Assembly (NCBI GenBank): GCA_965217585.1
Contig: OZ244561.1
Coordinates: forward strand, 2,624,001-2,688,000
Length of the DNA stretch: 64,000 nucleotides
From: Candidatus Latescibacterota bacterium
GTDB lineage: Bacteria > Latescibacterota > UBA2968 > UBA8231
Reading direction: 5' to 3'
In this document: piece by piece, positions 1 to 10,437 of the stretch
Numbering within the stretch: position 1 is the stretch's first letter
Layout: each line of letters begins with the position of its first letter
Notes under the pieces: generated by a model
Seen by the model: the letters and a program-made list of their open reading frames with translations, nothing else
Databases searched by the model: none
What the model was told of the DNA's origin: nothing
Program-made: the position numbers and the translations under genes

Positions 1-728
1 TACATGCTGGTATTATTGCCGCCGAATGTACCATTCTGTGGTTTGTGGCCCTTTATATCCGCCGTCACCACCTAATCGCCGAAGATCTGCTGCTGTTCAA
101 CGCCACGCCAGCTAGGACCCTGTTGCTGACAATCCCGGTGACTATTTGCTGTAGCCTCGTAGTCGCCGAATTCGACTTGTATCTGGCCTATCTGCTCGGC
201 CGGATAGACCTATCTATGCCGCTGTCCTTTCAGAAGAACTTGCTGGAGATTCAGATTCTCCACGAACTGGCGGACGTCCCGAAGGGACTGGTAACACTGG
301 TGCTAGCCCCTGTGTTTTGCGAAGAGCCTCTCTTCCGCGGGCTTGTACTCACTAGTCTTTACGCCCATTATGGACCGCGCTGGGCACTAGGCGGTTCGGC
401 CCTGCTCTTCGCCATTTCGCACTTCAACCCTTGGCAACTGATCCCCCTCTTCCTCTTTGGACTCTTCCTCGGTGCTTTAGTCTATTGGACTCACAGCGTC
501 TATCCTGCCATGCTCGCCCACGCGGTCAACAACTTGGCTTCGATAACTGGGATCAACTTGCGCACTTACTTAGGCATAGATGGCATAGGCCCCTCCCAGC
601 ATCTCCCCATGCCCTTGGCCCTGCTCGCCGGCCTAATCCTGATTGGCGGCCTCCTGCTTCTCAGCCGCCAACCCGCCATTATGCCGCTGCTGACTAAGAG
701 GGAATGCTCGCCGTCCGATTATACTTAA
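1..728 (+). CDS. CPBP family intramembrane metalloprotease (CAAX/Abi), 5' end probably outside window
   Basis: EExLFRG, FAxxH and HAxNN motifs; several TM segments; the frame is open back to the window start. Confidence 0.85.
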   Translation, partial: HAGIIAAECTILWFVALYIRRHHLIAEDLLLFNATPARTLLLTIPVTICCSLVVAEFDLYLAYLLGRIDLSMPLSFQKNLLEIQILHELADVPKGLVTLVLAPVFCEEPLFRGLVLTSLYAHYGPRWALGGSALLFAISHFNPWQLIPLFLFGLFLGALVYWTHSVYPAMLAHAVNNLASITGINLRTYLGIDGIGPSQHLPMPLALLAGLILIGGLLLLSRQPAIMPLLTKRECSPSDYT

Positions 729-765
729 ACTGTTGGAGGCACTTGCGGAGAAAAACGTTCCCCAA

Positions 766-1635
766 TCAACTCAGCACCTTCTCTACCGTTTCCCCAATTT
801 CCGCAGGACTCTCACAGATGTGAATCCCCGCCTCCTGCATCGCCGCCATCTTGTCCTCGGCCGTCCCCTTACCACCTGAAATAATAGCTCCTGCATGTCC
901 CATCCGCCGCCCCGGAGGTGCCGTGCGCCCCGCAATAAAGCCAATGACAGGCTTGTCGTAGCATTCTTTGATATAGGCGGCCGCTTCTTCTTCAGCCGTG
1001 CCGCCGATCTCGCCGATCATCACTACCGCATCGGTCTCGGGATCGTCCTTAAAGAGTGCCAGTGCGTCCACGAAGCGCGTACCGATGATTGGGTCGCCAC
1101 CAATGCCGATGGCTGTGGACTGACCTAGGCCTCGCTCAGTAAGCTGCCCCACGGCTTCATAGGTCAGCGTTCCACTGCGCGAGATAATACCCACGCGACC
1201 TGGCTGGTGAATAAAATCGGGCATAATGCCGATCTTACACTTCCCCGGCGAGATGATGCCCGGGCAATTAGGCCCGATCAGCCGAGTAGAGCGCGCCTGT
1301 ACATAATGGTAGGCTTTAACCATGTCGCCCACGGGAATATTTTCGCTGATACAGATGACTAGCTCTATACCGACATCGGCCGCTTCCATGATCGCGTCGG
1401 CGGCAAAGGGAGCTGGCACAAAGATGATAGAAGCATTGGCACCGGAGGCCTTGACGCCTTCGGCGACCGTATTAAACACCGGAATGCCTTCAAATTCTTG
1501 GCCCCCCTTGCCAGGCGTTGCTCCTCCGACCACTTTCGTGCCGTACTCCAGCATTTGGCGAGTGTGAAAAGATCCCTCCGACCCAGTAATTGCCTGTACG
1601 AAGACCTTGGTGTTTTCGTCGACTAAAACGCTCAT
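766..1635 (-). CDS. sucD: Succinyl-CoA ligase alpha subunit
   Basis: [11 protein letters not shown] start, [21 protein letters not shown] phospho-His motif. Confidence 0.97.
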   Translation of the reverse strand: MSVLVDENTKVFVQAITGSEGSFHTRQMLEYGTKVVGGATPGKGGQEFEGIPVFNTVAEGVKASGANASIIFVPAPFAADAIMEAADVGIELVICISENIPVGDMVKAYHYVQARSTRLIGPNCPGIISPGKCKIGIMPDFIHQPGRVGIISRSGTLTYEAVGQLTERGLGQSTAIGIGGDPIIGTRFVDALALFKDDPETDAVVMIGEIGGTAEEEAAAYIKECYDKPVIGFIAGRTAPPGRRMGHAGAIISGGKGTAEDKMAAMQEAGIHICESPAEIGETVEKVLS

Positions 1636-1648
1636 TTCTGTATTCCTC

Positions 1649-2806
1649 TTATCGAATGGCCGCCTCGACCATCTCCGCCGCATCTCTCAGCCCGTGCCCA
1701 ACGGCAAAGTCCATGTCGGAATTTTCCAGCATCTCGGCGGCTACATCCGCGTTGGTCCCGGCCAATCGTACGACAATCGGCACATTGACTTTGATATTTT
1801 TGCGTGCCTCAATCACACCCGCGGCCACGCGATCGCAGCGCACAATGCCTCCGAAGATATTGATGAGAATGGCCTTTACATTCGGGTCGGAAAGCAGAAT
1901 GCGGAAGCCATTCTCCACGGTCTCAGCACTGGCACTCCCGCCTACGTCCAGAAAATTGGCTGGCTCAGCACCGGAGAGCTTGATGATGTCCATGGTGGCC
2001 ATCGCCAGTCCGGCACCGTTGACCATACAACCGATATTGCCGTCGAGCTTGATGTAGTTCAGACCGTATTTGGCTGCCTCGACCTCCAGCTCCTCCTCTT
2101 CATCCAGATCGTGCATTTCCGCTAAGTCGGGATGGCGGAAGAGTGCGTTGTCGTCTATGTCTATTTTGGCATCCAATGCCAAAAGCTGCCCATCGGCGGT
2201 CGCCACCAAGGGATTGATCTCGACCAGCGAGCAGTCGGCATCGACATAGGCTCTGTAGAGGCTAAGGATAAAACCGGCGGCTTGGCGAACCTGCTTGCCC
2301 TCAAAGCCAAGCCCAAATGCCAAGCGCGTCGCCTGAAATGCCAGTAGCCCCACAGCGGGATCAACCGTTTCCTTGAGAATTTTTTCTGGGGTCGCAGCGG
2401 CGACCTCCTCAATCTCAACTCCGCCTTCTCGGCTGGCCATGACTACTGGCTTGCTCTGGGTCCGACCGAGAGTGATGCCCAGATAAAACTCGCGTTCTAT
2501 ATCCGAGGCCCTCTCCACTAGGACTTGCTTGACCTTTTGGCCTTCAGGGCCTGTCTGGTGGGTAACGAGCTGCATGCCGAGAATCTCACTGGCGGCTTGG
2601 CGAGCCTCTTCGGGATTAGCGACCAGTTTGACGCCTCCGCCCTTGCCTCGACCTCCGGCGTGGATTTGGGCCTTAACTACGACCTTTCCTCCCAATTCGG
2701 CAGCCGTATGTTCGGCTTGGTTTGCTGTCGTGGCCACGTTGCCGCTCGGTACGGCGACTTGGTACTGGCGCAAAATTTTTTTGGCTTGATATTCGTGAAT
2801 TTTCAT
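1649..2806 (-). CDS. sucC: Succinyl-CoA ligase beta subunit
   Basis: [42 protein letters not shown]. Confidence 0.97.
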   Translation of the reverse strand: MKIHEYQAKKILRQYQVAVPSGNVATTANQAEHTAAELGGKVVVKAQIHAGGRGKGGGVKLVANPEEARQAASEILGMQLVTHQTGPEGQKVKQVLVERASDIEREFYLGITLGRTQSKPVVMASREGGVEIEEVAAATPEKILKETVDPAVGLLAFQATRLAFGLGFEGKQVRQAAGFILSLYRAYVDADCSLVEINPLVATADGQLLALDAKIDIDDNALFRHPDLAEMHDLDEEEELEVEAAKYGLNYIKLDGNIGCMVNGAGLAMATMDIIKLSGAEPANFLDVGGSASAETVENGFRILLSDPNVKAILINIFGGIVRCDRVAAGVIEARKNIKVNVPIVVRLAGTNADVAAEMLENSDMDFAVGHGLRDAAEMVEAAIR

Positions 2807-2973
2807 AAGCATTATCTATTCTGTTAGGTGGAACGTAAAAGAGTACAAAAAAACCCCTCTACCAGCAAAGCGATCTAGGACGCGACCAGCGCAAGTACCA
2901 AACTAGGGCTGTTGATCGTTGGGAAAGTCCCATAATATTCAGCCAATATCCCAAGCCCCAGAGGAGGTATCTC

Positions 2974-3726
2974 GTGAAAATCTTGTTAGTCGGCGGGGCC
3001 GGCCACGTCGGCACCTGCACTACTCCCTACCTTAAACGCCATCACGATTTGCGTGTATTGGACATAGCCAAGCCTCGGCATGAGGTCGAATACATCGAAG
3101 GCTCTATCGCCGACCCGGAGGCCCTCGCCTGTGCCCTAGACGGAGTGGATGCCTTCATCAACTTGACCATGAAGAGCGGCCAAGGTGGCCTCGACAGCCA
3201 CCAGACCGAGGCCCAGATCGTCGACAACTACACAGTCAACTGTCTGGGACTGCACCTGCTCCTGTACACAGCTTGGAGGCTAGGTGTCAAAAGAGGCGTC
3301 CACACTTCGACCATGAGCGTTCACTACCGCGCCCGCTCCTATTATCCGTCCGAGGAGGAAGCACCGCTCGATGGACCCAATGTGTACGGCTTCACTAAGG
3401 GGCTGGCCGAAGGCATTTGCCGCTACTTCGCTCGCCAATTTGACATGAACTTGGCGGTTCTTCGCATCACCGGCCCACGCTCTCGGGCACAATTCCTAGC
3501 ACAAGCCAAAAATCCACCACATTATCCCCCCGGCAGCCTTTATTTTACCGACGAGGAAGACTTGGCCAAAGCCTATCTAGCCGCTCTAGACTATGTGAGC
3601 ACAGGCCATGGCCGCTGCGACGTCTTCTTCATATCGGGCGACGCCGACCACCGCGAGATGAACATGTCCAAAGCACGAACGGTCTTGGGCTGGGAGCCTA
3701 AATCGCACTTGATGTTGGAGGAGTGA
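2974..3726 (+). CDS. NAD-dependent epimerase/dehydratase (extended SDR)
   Basis: GGAGHVG Rossmann motif, YGFTK (YxxxK); GGAGG RBS upstream. Confidence 0.85.
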   Translation: MKILLVGGAGHVGTCTTPYLKRHHDLRVLDIAKPRHEVEYIEGSIADPEALACALDGVDAFINLTMKSGQGGLDSHQTEAQIVDNYTVNCLGLHLLLYTAWRLGVKRGVHTSTMSVHYRARSYYPSEEEAPLDGPNVYGFTKGLAEGICRYFARQFDMNLAVLRITGPRSRAQFLAQAKNPPHYPPGSLYFTDEEDLAKAYLAALDYVSTGHGRCDVFFISGDADHREMNMSKARTVLGWEPKSHLMLEE

Positions 3727-3816
3727 TAATCCCTAGCGGATACTATGTGCCCGATGGCTGCAAACTTCTGAACGAGGTCTGCCGGAGTCGCCAATCACCT
3801 TTAGGACAACAACGTC

Positions 3817-3850
3817 AAAAAAACAGGCCCAACCATTCTGGTGGAGCCTG
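3817..3850 (-). terminator. Intrinsic terminator downstream of rpmA
   Basis: Minus strand CAGGCTCCACCAGAATGGTTGGGCCTG hairpin followed by T7. Confidence 0.7.
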
Positions 3851-3919
3851 CCTCAATTCCTATGGATTAGTGCGCGTTATGACAGCTTATGGCTTACGCG
3901 TACCGGTGAATTTTACTTA

Positions 3920-4186
3920 CTAACGCTCTTCTTCGGCCGCGTAGACGCTCACCCGCTTGCCTTTCTTACCAAAAGCCTCAAATTGCACTTGCCCGTCAAT
4001 TGTGGCGAAGAGCGTATCATCCCCGCCCTTCTTGACATTGACGCCCGGATGAATGCGCGTACCGCGTTGCCGCACAATAATCGTGCCTGCGCTGACCTTC
4101 TCTCCGCCAAAGCGCTTAACGCCTAGACGCTGGGCATTGCTATCGCGCCCGTTTTTAGAACTGCCAACGCCCTTTTTATGAGCCAT
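3920..4186 (-). CDS. rpmA: 50S ribosomal protein L27
   Basis: [24 protein letters not shown]. Confidence 0.98.
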   Translation of the reverse strand: MAHKKGVGSSKNGRDSNAQRLGVKRFGGEKVSAGTIIVRQRGTRIHPGVNVKKGGDDTLFATIDGQVQFEAFGKKGKRVSVYAAEEER

Positions 4187-4206
4187 AATACCTAGTCCTT
4201 TCGCAC

Positions 4207-4524
4207 TCAGTTCGGGAGAACGATGTCCTCGACCTGAATTTCGGTGTAGTCCTGACGGTGGCCGTTGCGCCGCCGGTACTTCTTGCGCCGCTTCTTCTTG
4301 AAAACGACGATCTTGTCGCCGCGACCATGGCCGACGATCGTCGCCGAAACACTGGCACCCTCGACCGTGGGGCTGCCAACCTTGGTCTCGCCATCATCGG
4401 AAACTAGCAGTACGTCGGTAAATTCCTGTGTGCTACCTTCTTCGGCCTGAAGCCGGGGTACGCGCAGACACTGACCTTTGTCTACTTTGACCTGATGGCC
4501 GGCGATATTGACAACTGCATACAT
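4207..4524 (-). CDS. rplU: 50S ribosomal protein L21
   Basis: MYAVV..GHQVKV; [20 protein letters not shown]; adjacent to rpmA. Confidence 0.97.
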   Translation of the reverse strand: MYAVVNIAGHQVKVDKGQCLRVPRLQAEEGSTQEFTDVLLVSDDGETKVGSPTVEGASVSATIVGHGRGDKIVVFKKKRRKKYRRRNGHRQDYTEIQVEDIVLPN

Positions 4525-4600
4525 GAATTGCGCTCCTAAGCTAAGACTACTCCGCAATCAAATAAGAAATCGTTAAAGATATAGGCCTGGACTTTTTCTG

Positions 4601-6124
4601 TCAAACCCGGAACTCGGCCGTTACATCTAAGCTGCGCTTAGTCGAGAAGAAACGATAATCTTGGGGCCCTAAAGTGGTATCGGTCTCAATTTGGAGGCGA
4701 GCTTTGGTCGCCCTGCGCAATGACTTGAGCCGTTCTTCGCGGTTTTCTAGCATATAGGTGGCCACATCGGGATGGACCTTTAAGACATAGCGCCTTTCGC
4801 GGGTGGCAGCATAGGAACGCTGAAGCCAGCGTTCAATCCAAGTCAGGGTTGTGTCTGGCCCCATGATCCGGCCCGTGCCACTGCAAATGGGACACTGTTC
4901 GCTATGAGTGTGCAAAAGGTTTGGACGGACGCGCTGGCGAGTCATTTCGACCAAGCCAAACTCGCTGATGTGTGGGCTGATAGAGACCTTCGCCCGATCT
5001 CTTTTGAACTCCTCGACCAAGCAATCAACGACCTTTTTGCGGTTGCGCTCCTCATTCATATCGATAAAGTCGATGACGATAATGCCGCCAATGTCGCGGA
5101 GCTTGAGCTGGCGGGCAATCTCACGAGCTGCCTTCAGATTGGTATTAAGATTGTTTTCCTCCTGATCGTCCGAGCCGAGATAACGGGCTGAATTCACGTC
5201 GATAAAGGTCCCCGCCTCGGCGTAGTCGATAACCAAGGCTCCGCCCCTCCGCAGCCACACGGTGCGGTTGGTTGCCTTCTCGATATCCTCCTCAATGTTG
5301 AAGGCATCGAAAATGGGCCGACGATCTCGATAAAACTCAACCCTTTGGCGCAATTCAGGTGAAACTTGTCGCAAATAAGCCGTAATCTCCTTGTACAACT
5401 CTTTGCTATCGACGACTAGCCGTTCCACATTGTCTGTGAACAGGTCGCGTATTACGCTGGAGGTCATGCCCATTTCCTTGTACACTAAGGCAGGCACTCC
5501 AACCTTCCTACTATTCTTGATCAGACGCTCGTGGTTTTTTACTAGCTGCTTCATATCGCGTTTGAACTCGCGATCATTCTGATTCTGTCCTTCGGTCCGC
5601 ACGATTACCGAATAGCCATCGGGTTTGATCTTGAAGACCAGATCTCTCAATCTTTTGCGTTCGTTCCGACTGGTGATCTTGCGCGAGACACCAACCCAGT
5701 TGCCTCCCGGAACCAGCACCATAAAACGACCCGGAAGTGATAGCTGAGTTGTCACACGAGCACCTTTAGTGCCGATGGGCTCTTTGGTGATCTGCACCAG
5801 CACCTCTTCGCCCTTCTTGATCAGGTTTTGAATACAAGGATAACCGCGAAAGCGAGAGCGGCGCCCGTTACGCGCCCCATCGGTCTCGCCTCTATCAGCT
5901 TCCACCATATCGCGCACTTGGAGGAACGCGGTGCGGTCATGGCCTATCTCGACAAAGGCAGCCTGTAGCCCAGGCAAAACGGCCGTTACAATCCCTTTGT
6001 ATATGTCTCCTACCGTCCGCTCATTTTCGGGTCTTTCGATCCAGACTTCAGCTAGACGCCCCTCTTCCAAGATGGCAATACGGGATTCGTGAATGCCTTG
6101 GTTGATAAAAATCTCTGTTTGCAA
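4601..6124 (-). CDS. rng: Ribonuclease E/G family (RNase G-sized)
   Basis: S1 domain GDIYKG, KEPIGTKGARVT, IDVNS, LRDIGGIIVIDFIDM, CPICSG Zn-link. Confidence 0.92.
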   Translation of the reverse strand: MQTEIFINQGIHESRIAILEEGRLAEVWIERPENERTVGDIYKGIVTAVLPGLQAAFVEIGHDRTAFLQVRDMVEADRGETDGARNGRRSRFRGYPCIQNLIKKGEEVLVQITKEPIGTKGARVTTQLSLPGRFMVLVPGGNWVGVSRKITSRNERKRLRDLVFKIKPDGYSVIVRTEGQNQNDREFKRDMKQLVKNHERLIKNSRKVGVPALVYKEMGMTSSVIRDLFTDNVERLVVDSKELYKEITAYLRQVSPELRQRVEFYRDRRPIFDAFNIEEDIEKATNRTVWLRRGGALVIDYAEAGTFIDVNSARYLGSDDQEENNLNTNLKAAREIARQLKLRDIGGIIVIDFIDMNEERNRKKVVDCLVEEFKRDRAKVSISPHISEFGLVEMTRQRVRPNLLHTHSEQCPICSGTGRIMGPDTTLTWIERWLQRSYAATRERRYVLKVHPDVATYMLENREERLKSLRRATKARLQIETDTTLGPQDYRFFSTKRSLDVTAEFRV

Positions 6125-6192
6125 GATAAGCCCTCATACTTATTTAGCAGTCATATTAGTATCGATGATTTCAATGCCTTGCTTATAGCCGT

Positions 6193-8043
6193 TCACTTGG
6201 TTTCTTCCGGGGCCAATACCCCCCAATACATATCTTGGTCTCCGAGCACTTCTACAGCCTTCGCTAGCTGCACATCCTCCTGCAATTCTGCAAGGAGTTG
6301 GGCCTTTCTTCCCCTGAAACGCAAGACTAGTTCTCGACGTAAAGCACTCTTTATATAAGGCGATAACTTGCTGCTATACCGCTGCTCCCATTCCTGTCCC
6401 ACCGCTACTCGTAGTTGATGAAGCGACTCCTGTGCCGCCGTACCCCAATCCATTTCCTCCGCCAAGTCCTCAAGTTCTTCTATTTTACTCAACCCTTTCT
6501 GGCCTTGATTCAGACTTCCGTCCTTAGTGCGGACGAATTTCATAAAGCTATTAACCATCTCATCGCTGACGGTCAAGCCAGGATGTTCCGCTGCCCAAGA
6601 AGAGTCTGCTGATACATAATCTATGACAAAGTCAAAGAAGAGCCGGCGACGCTCTAATTCTTGTACGTAAGGGGGAAATGGCTCCGGATCAATACTAATA
6701 TCTGGCTTAATACCGCCGCCGCCGAAGACTTTGCGCCCTTGCTGAGTATAATAGGTTCGGTTTGCAATACTGTCCGGCAATCCGTCCGCTCCTATCTTGG
6801 ATTTACCCACCAAGTCGCCCAAACGGATCAAGAGTATGCTCTCTGCGGACTCAGAATTCATATCAAAGTGAGATTGGAGCGCAGAAAGGGCCTTAGCCCT
6901 ATTCCCTGAACGCAAAACGAGGTCCATCACTAGCTGATGAGGCAGTTCTCTATCGCCGAACAGAACGCGATGCACCGGCCTAGCTATATTCTGTTCGCGG
7001 TGAATACTACGCCCACTTGGCGCGTAGTAGAGTGCCGTCGTCAGCTTCAGAGCACTAGACGCCTCTTCGGGTAGGTCGAATATGGTCTGTACTGAACCTT
7101 TGCCAAATGATGCCCCTCCTACAATCACTCCTCGATCGTTGTCTTGGATGGCTCCAGCAACGATTTCGGATGCGCTGGCGCTCCCCTCGTCAATCAGAAC
7201 TACCAAGGGTATATCTCGCGCAATAGAGGGACGGTGGGAATACTTGATTTCTTCTCTCCGCCCTTCGCGTTCCTTAATAGAAACGATCGGCACCCCTTGG
7301 GGTAAAAACAAATCCGCAACTTGGGTGGCTTGACTAAACAAGCCCCCTGGATTTCCTCGCAGATCTAAAATTAGCCCTTCAACCCGAGGGAGGCTTTTTA
7401 GCGCCTCTTCTACTTCACTGGAGGTATGCTCGGAAAAACGCGTCCGGCGCATACTTATATAACCGATTTTGCCTCTGAGCTCCTCTACCAGCACAACGCT
7501 CTTGATCCTGATAATTTCCCTTTGAATCTCAACTTCGCGCGGCGTTGCTCCCAAGTGGGTGGCGACCGAGATTGCAACCTTTGTGCCAGGGTCCCCGCGC
7601 AGCGCATTGACCACACACTCAAGCTGCATATCCAAGGTACTTTTACCCTCGACGGCGACGATCAAGTCGCCCGGCCTCAGCCCCGCCCGAAAGGCAGGAG
7701 TATCCTCAATAGGGGAAATTACCACAGGGAAACGATCTTTTATGGCAACCGTAATCCCCAACCCCGCGAACTTGCCCGTCGTGTCTTGGCGCAACTGGCG
7801 CAAAGCTTCCTCGTCGAAGTACTCGCTGTATGGATCGAGTTGGCCGAGCAGGCCCTTGATGGCTGCGCTCATAACTTCCTCTTGGTCCAGACGGGCGTAA
7901 TAATTTTCCAGAATGCGCGAATACACTGCTCCGAAACGCTCCCAACTGGCATTTACCTCAGCATACGGATCTTCCGTAGTCACAGCATGGATTGCGCCCC
8001 CACTTGCAAACAAAAAAATCAATCCCACTAAGATGTGTCTCAT
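6193..8043 (-). CDS. S41 family carboxy-terminal processing protease with PDZ domain
   Basis: Signal peptide, LDPYS, GLGI PDZ motif, DLRGNPGG, SASASEIVAGAIQD, FGKGSVQ; start codon inferred. Confidence 0.93.
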   Translation of the reverse strand: MRHILVGLIFLFASGGAIHAVTTEDPYAEVNASWERFGAVYSRILENYYARLDQEEVMSAAIKGLLGQLDPYSEYFDEEALRQLRQDTTGKFAGLGITVAIKDRFPVVISPIEDTPAFRAGLRPGDLIVAVEGKSTLDMQLECVVNALRGDPGTKVAISVATHLGATPREVEIQREIIRIKSVVLVEELRGKIGYISMRRTRFSEHTSSEVEEALKSLPRVEGLILDLRGNPGGLFSQATQVADLFLPQGVPIVSIKEREGRREEIKYSHRPSIARDIPLVVLIDEGSASASEIVAGAIQDNDRGVIVGGASFGKGSVQTIFDLPEEASSALKLTTALYYAPSGRSIHREQNIARPVHRVLFGDRELPHQLVMDLVLRSGNRAKALSALQSHFDMNSESAESILLIRLGDLVGKSKIGADGLPDSIANRTYYTQQGRKVFGGGGIKPDISIDPEPFPPYVQELERRRLFFDFVIDYVSADSSWAAEHPGLTVSDEMVNSFMKFVRTKDGSLNQGQKGLSKIEELEDLAEEMDWGTAAQESLHQLRVAVGQEWEQRYSSKLSPYIKSALRRELVLRFRGRKAQLLAELQEDVQLAKAVEVLGDQDMYWGVLAPEETK

Positions 8044-8045
8044 GG

Positions 8046-8726
8046 TTACTTTTTCTCCTCGGGAAACCACGGCAACCGCTCGCGGAGTGCGTTCCGAATC
8101 TCTTTGGCCAGTTGGTCTATTCCGAGCTGTGCGTCAAAAACCAAGGCTGCCTGGTCTTTCTTGGCGATCTTTTTGTAGCCTTGGGCGACTTTCCTTTGTA
8201 GTTGCTCTCCGCCGGCTTCCTCCAAGCGATCCTCGGCGCGAGGAGAGAATGAATCCCCCTGTCTAAATAAATCCCCCTGTCGATCTATCCGCGCCCAAGT
8301 CACTTCTACGGATAAGTCCAAATATACTGTCAATTCCGGCAAGCATTCCCCTACTGCTAGACTATTGACTTGCTCGACCATTTTTAGATTCAAGCCGCGC
8401 CCATAACCCTGATAAGCTAGCGATGATGCGATATAGCGATCACAAATAACTACCTTCCCTTGATCTAGCGACGGCTGAATTACCTCTTCTACATGCTGTG
8501 CACGGTCAGCCCCATAGAGGAAAAGCTCCGCCACATGGGAGATGGCCTCCTGTCTTGGGTCGAGAACAAGACGGCGAATCCGCTCTCCAATCGGCGTCCC
8601 GCCTGGCTCTCTGGTAAGTGTAACCGGAAGACCCGTTCCCCTTAAGTACGACGCCAGCAGGCGGGATTGGGTTGTAGTTCCACTCCCATCAATTCCTTCA
8701 AAAACAATGAAATGACCCTGGGACAC
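8046..8726 (-). CDS. tmk: Thymidylate kinase
   Basis: FIVFEGIDGSG P-loop, TREPGGT, CDRY..SSLAYQG; start uncertain (ORF extends to 8801). Confidence 0.93.
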   Translation of the reverse strand: MSQGHFIVFEGIDGSGTTTQSRLLASYLRGTGLPVTLTREPGGTPIGERIRRLVLDPRQEAISHVAELFLYGADRAQHVEEVIQPSLDQGKVVICDRYIASSLAYQGYGRGLNLKMVEQVNSLAVGECLPELTVYLDLSVEVTWARIDRQGDLFRQGDSFSPRAEDRLEEAGGEQLQRKVAQGYKKIAKKDQAALVFDAQLGIDQLAKEIRNALRERLPWFPEEKK

Positions 8727-8772
8727 GACAGGAGGAGAATCGCAGTAAAGTCCGATTAGCCCCTTATCAGGA

Positions 8773-9384
8773 CTACTGGACTGAGGCGGGCGAATTGGCA
8801 CCAGATTTCAGCCTATTGCGGATATGAGCGAGGCGCTCAACAACCGTATAGTTGGTCGTAACGGCCAATAAAACCAGCACAAAAACCAACCCTTGATGGC
8901 CCATCAGGCTCCCCACGGCCAAGGCAATTAGACGTTCCGGGCGCTGCATAAAGCCCACCTTACAATCCTCGCCCAGCCCCTCTGCACGAGCCCTTACATA
9001 ACTAACCATCAGCGAACCAGTAATTGCAAAAAAGAGGATCCCCGAGGGAATCCACTCATCGCGGCCAATCAAATACGCGCCGATTCCAAAATAAATAAAT
9101 ATCTCAGAGTATCGATCTGTTGTCGAATCCAATAAGGCTCCGAACTTGGTCTCCTTGTGGCCTTCTCTTGCAACTTGTCCATCCAAGATATCGCAGAGAC
9201 CGGCAGCCATCATAATGAGAGCCCCCCATTGTAAATAACCTCGGGCAAAAGCCGCAGTGGCTCCCACGTTCATAACTAACCCCATCAGCGTCAGCCAATC
9301 AGGTCTGAAGCCCAAGCGAATAAACAAACGCGCCAACGGTCTAAGGATGACCAAACACCACTTTTTCAGATATTTATCTAGCAA
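8773..9384 (-). CDS. CDP-alcohol phosphatidyltransferase (PIP-synthase-like)
   Basis: DILDGQVAR..FGALLDSTTDR signature; SYVRARAEG and RPER motifs; start uncertain (ORF extends to 9477). Confidence 0.88.
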   Translation of the reverse strand: MLDKYLKKWCLVILRPLARLFIRLGFRPDWLTLMGLVMNVGATAAFARGYLQWGALIMMAAGLCDILDGQVAREGHKETKFGALLDSTTDRYSEIFIYFGIGAYLIGRDEWIPSGILFFAITGSLMVSYVRARAEGLGEDCKVGFMQRPERLIALAVGSLMGHQGLVFVLVLLAVTTNYTVVERLAHIRNRLKSGANSPASVQ

Positions 9385-9494
9385 AAAAGAACCTATTTGT
9401 AGAGGTAGGAGGCCATTGAGAGCCAGTATCCTCGATAACCAAGGGAAAATATACGTTGTTTTTTTAGTTTTTTCCAAAAGATTTTACCTTAGAG

Positions 9495-9662
9495 TTTTCC
9501 ACACTCTCACGAGCAAGTTTTCCACATTACACCTTATCGACTCTACTCAATACTTCCCTAAATCGAAACCTATCTATTGGCTAAAATTAGACATATAAGC
9601 CTAAAAAAGACCCTAAACCCCGTAGTTTCTTCTTATTGTGACTTGTGGATAAGCGTGGGTAA
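9495..9662. promoter_or_regulatory. Secondary DnaA-box cluster
   Basis: TTTTCCACA at 9495 and 9518, perfect TGTGGATAA at 9644, degenerate CGTGGGTAA at 9654, in an AT-rich intergenic region. Confidence 0.65.
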
Positions 9663-9721
9663 AACTGATCTCGGAATGCCCAATCCCTTTGGACCTACGA
9701 GACCCTGCTGAGCTATCAATG

Positions 9722-10339
9722 CTAGCAATTAGTGGCGTGAAATAGCCCTAATGCACTCCCGACTCGATCCGTCCTCCATGCCAACAACCCCGAATGGGCA
9801 GCATCTTCTCCAAGTGTTGAAAGAATCCAACCGTGAGGAGACAAATGTCTTTGTACTAAATTAAGCAGTTTCTCTGGAGGGGCCACTGCTCTCGCAGTGA
9901 CCAAATCAGCTCCTACAGGACTCAAATTCTCTATCCGCTCGTTTACAACTTCGATGCGGTCAAGCTCCACGGACCTTACAACCTCCTTGAGAAAGTGAGC
10001 CCGCTTCCTCCTGCTTTCGACGAGAATAAAGTATGAATCGGGAAGAGCGATTTTCAATGGAATAGCTGGAAATCCAGCTCCTGATCCTAGATCCATAACC
10101 AGCCGACGAGGGATACTTGCTACAACCGGGACCATAGTCAACGCCTGTCTCAAGTGCTTGGTTGCTACGATGGACAAATCTCGCCGAGAGACAAGACTGA
10201 CTCTTCTCGACCACCGACTCAAGAGATATAGATATATTTCCAGCTTGGGCCAGACATCTTCAAAAGAACAAGATAGATCTCTTTTTCTTTTTAACCGCTC
10301 AAAGTCCTCACGAATCTCGGATGGCAGTTGAATTACCAT
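9722..10339 (-). CDS. rsmG: 16S rRNA m7G527 methyltransferase
   Basis: DLGSGAGFPAIPLKI, VESRRKR, VTARAVA. Confidence 0.93.
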   Translation of the reverse strand: MVIQLPSEIREDFERLKRKRDLSCSFEDVWPKLEIYLYLLSRWSRRVSLVSRRDLSIVATKHLRQALTMVPVVASIPRRLVMDLGSGAGFPAIPLKIALPDSYFILVESRRKRAHFLKEVVRSVELDRIEVVNERIENLSPVGADLVTARAVAPPEKLLNLVQRHLSPHGWILSTLGEDAAHSGLLAWRTDRVGSALGLFHATNC

Positions 10340-10348
10340 ATCAAAACA

Positions 10349-10364
10349 TGTTTCACGTGGAACA
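10349..10364. promoter_or_regulatory. parS centromere-like site
   Basis: TGTTTCACGTGGAACA matches the canonical parS palindrome. Confidence 0.88.
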
Positions 10365-10421
10365 CTCGCGTTGTCTCAATACGGCACGGAAGATTTCATG
10401 GGCATCGTGATAAGACCTCCA

Positions 10422-10437
10422 TGTTTCACGTGAAACA
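10422..10437. promoter_or_regulatory. parS centromere-like site
   Basis: Perfect palindrome TGTTTCACGTGAAACA abutting the mnmE stop codon. Confidence 0.9.

Noticed and set aside
1-728. CPBP/Abi protease as an abortive-infection gene
   Set aside because: The family name is historical; the context is housekeeping (sucCD)
3868-3905. Imperfect hairpin downstream of rpmA as an ncRNA
   Set aside because: Short and imperfect with no recognisable motif; likely a 3' UTR structure
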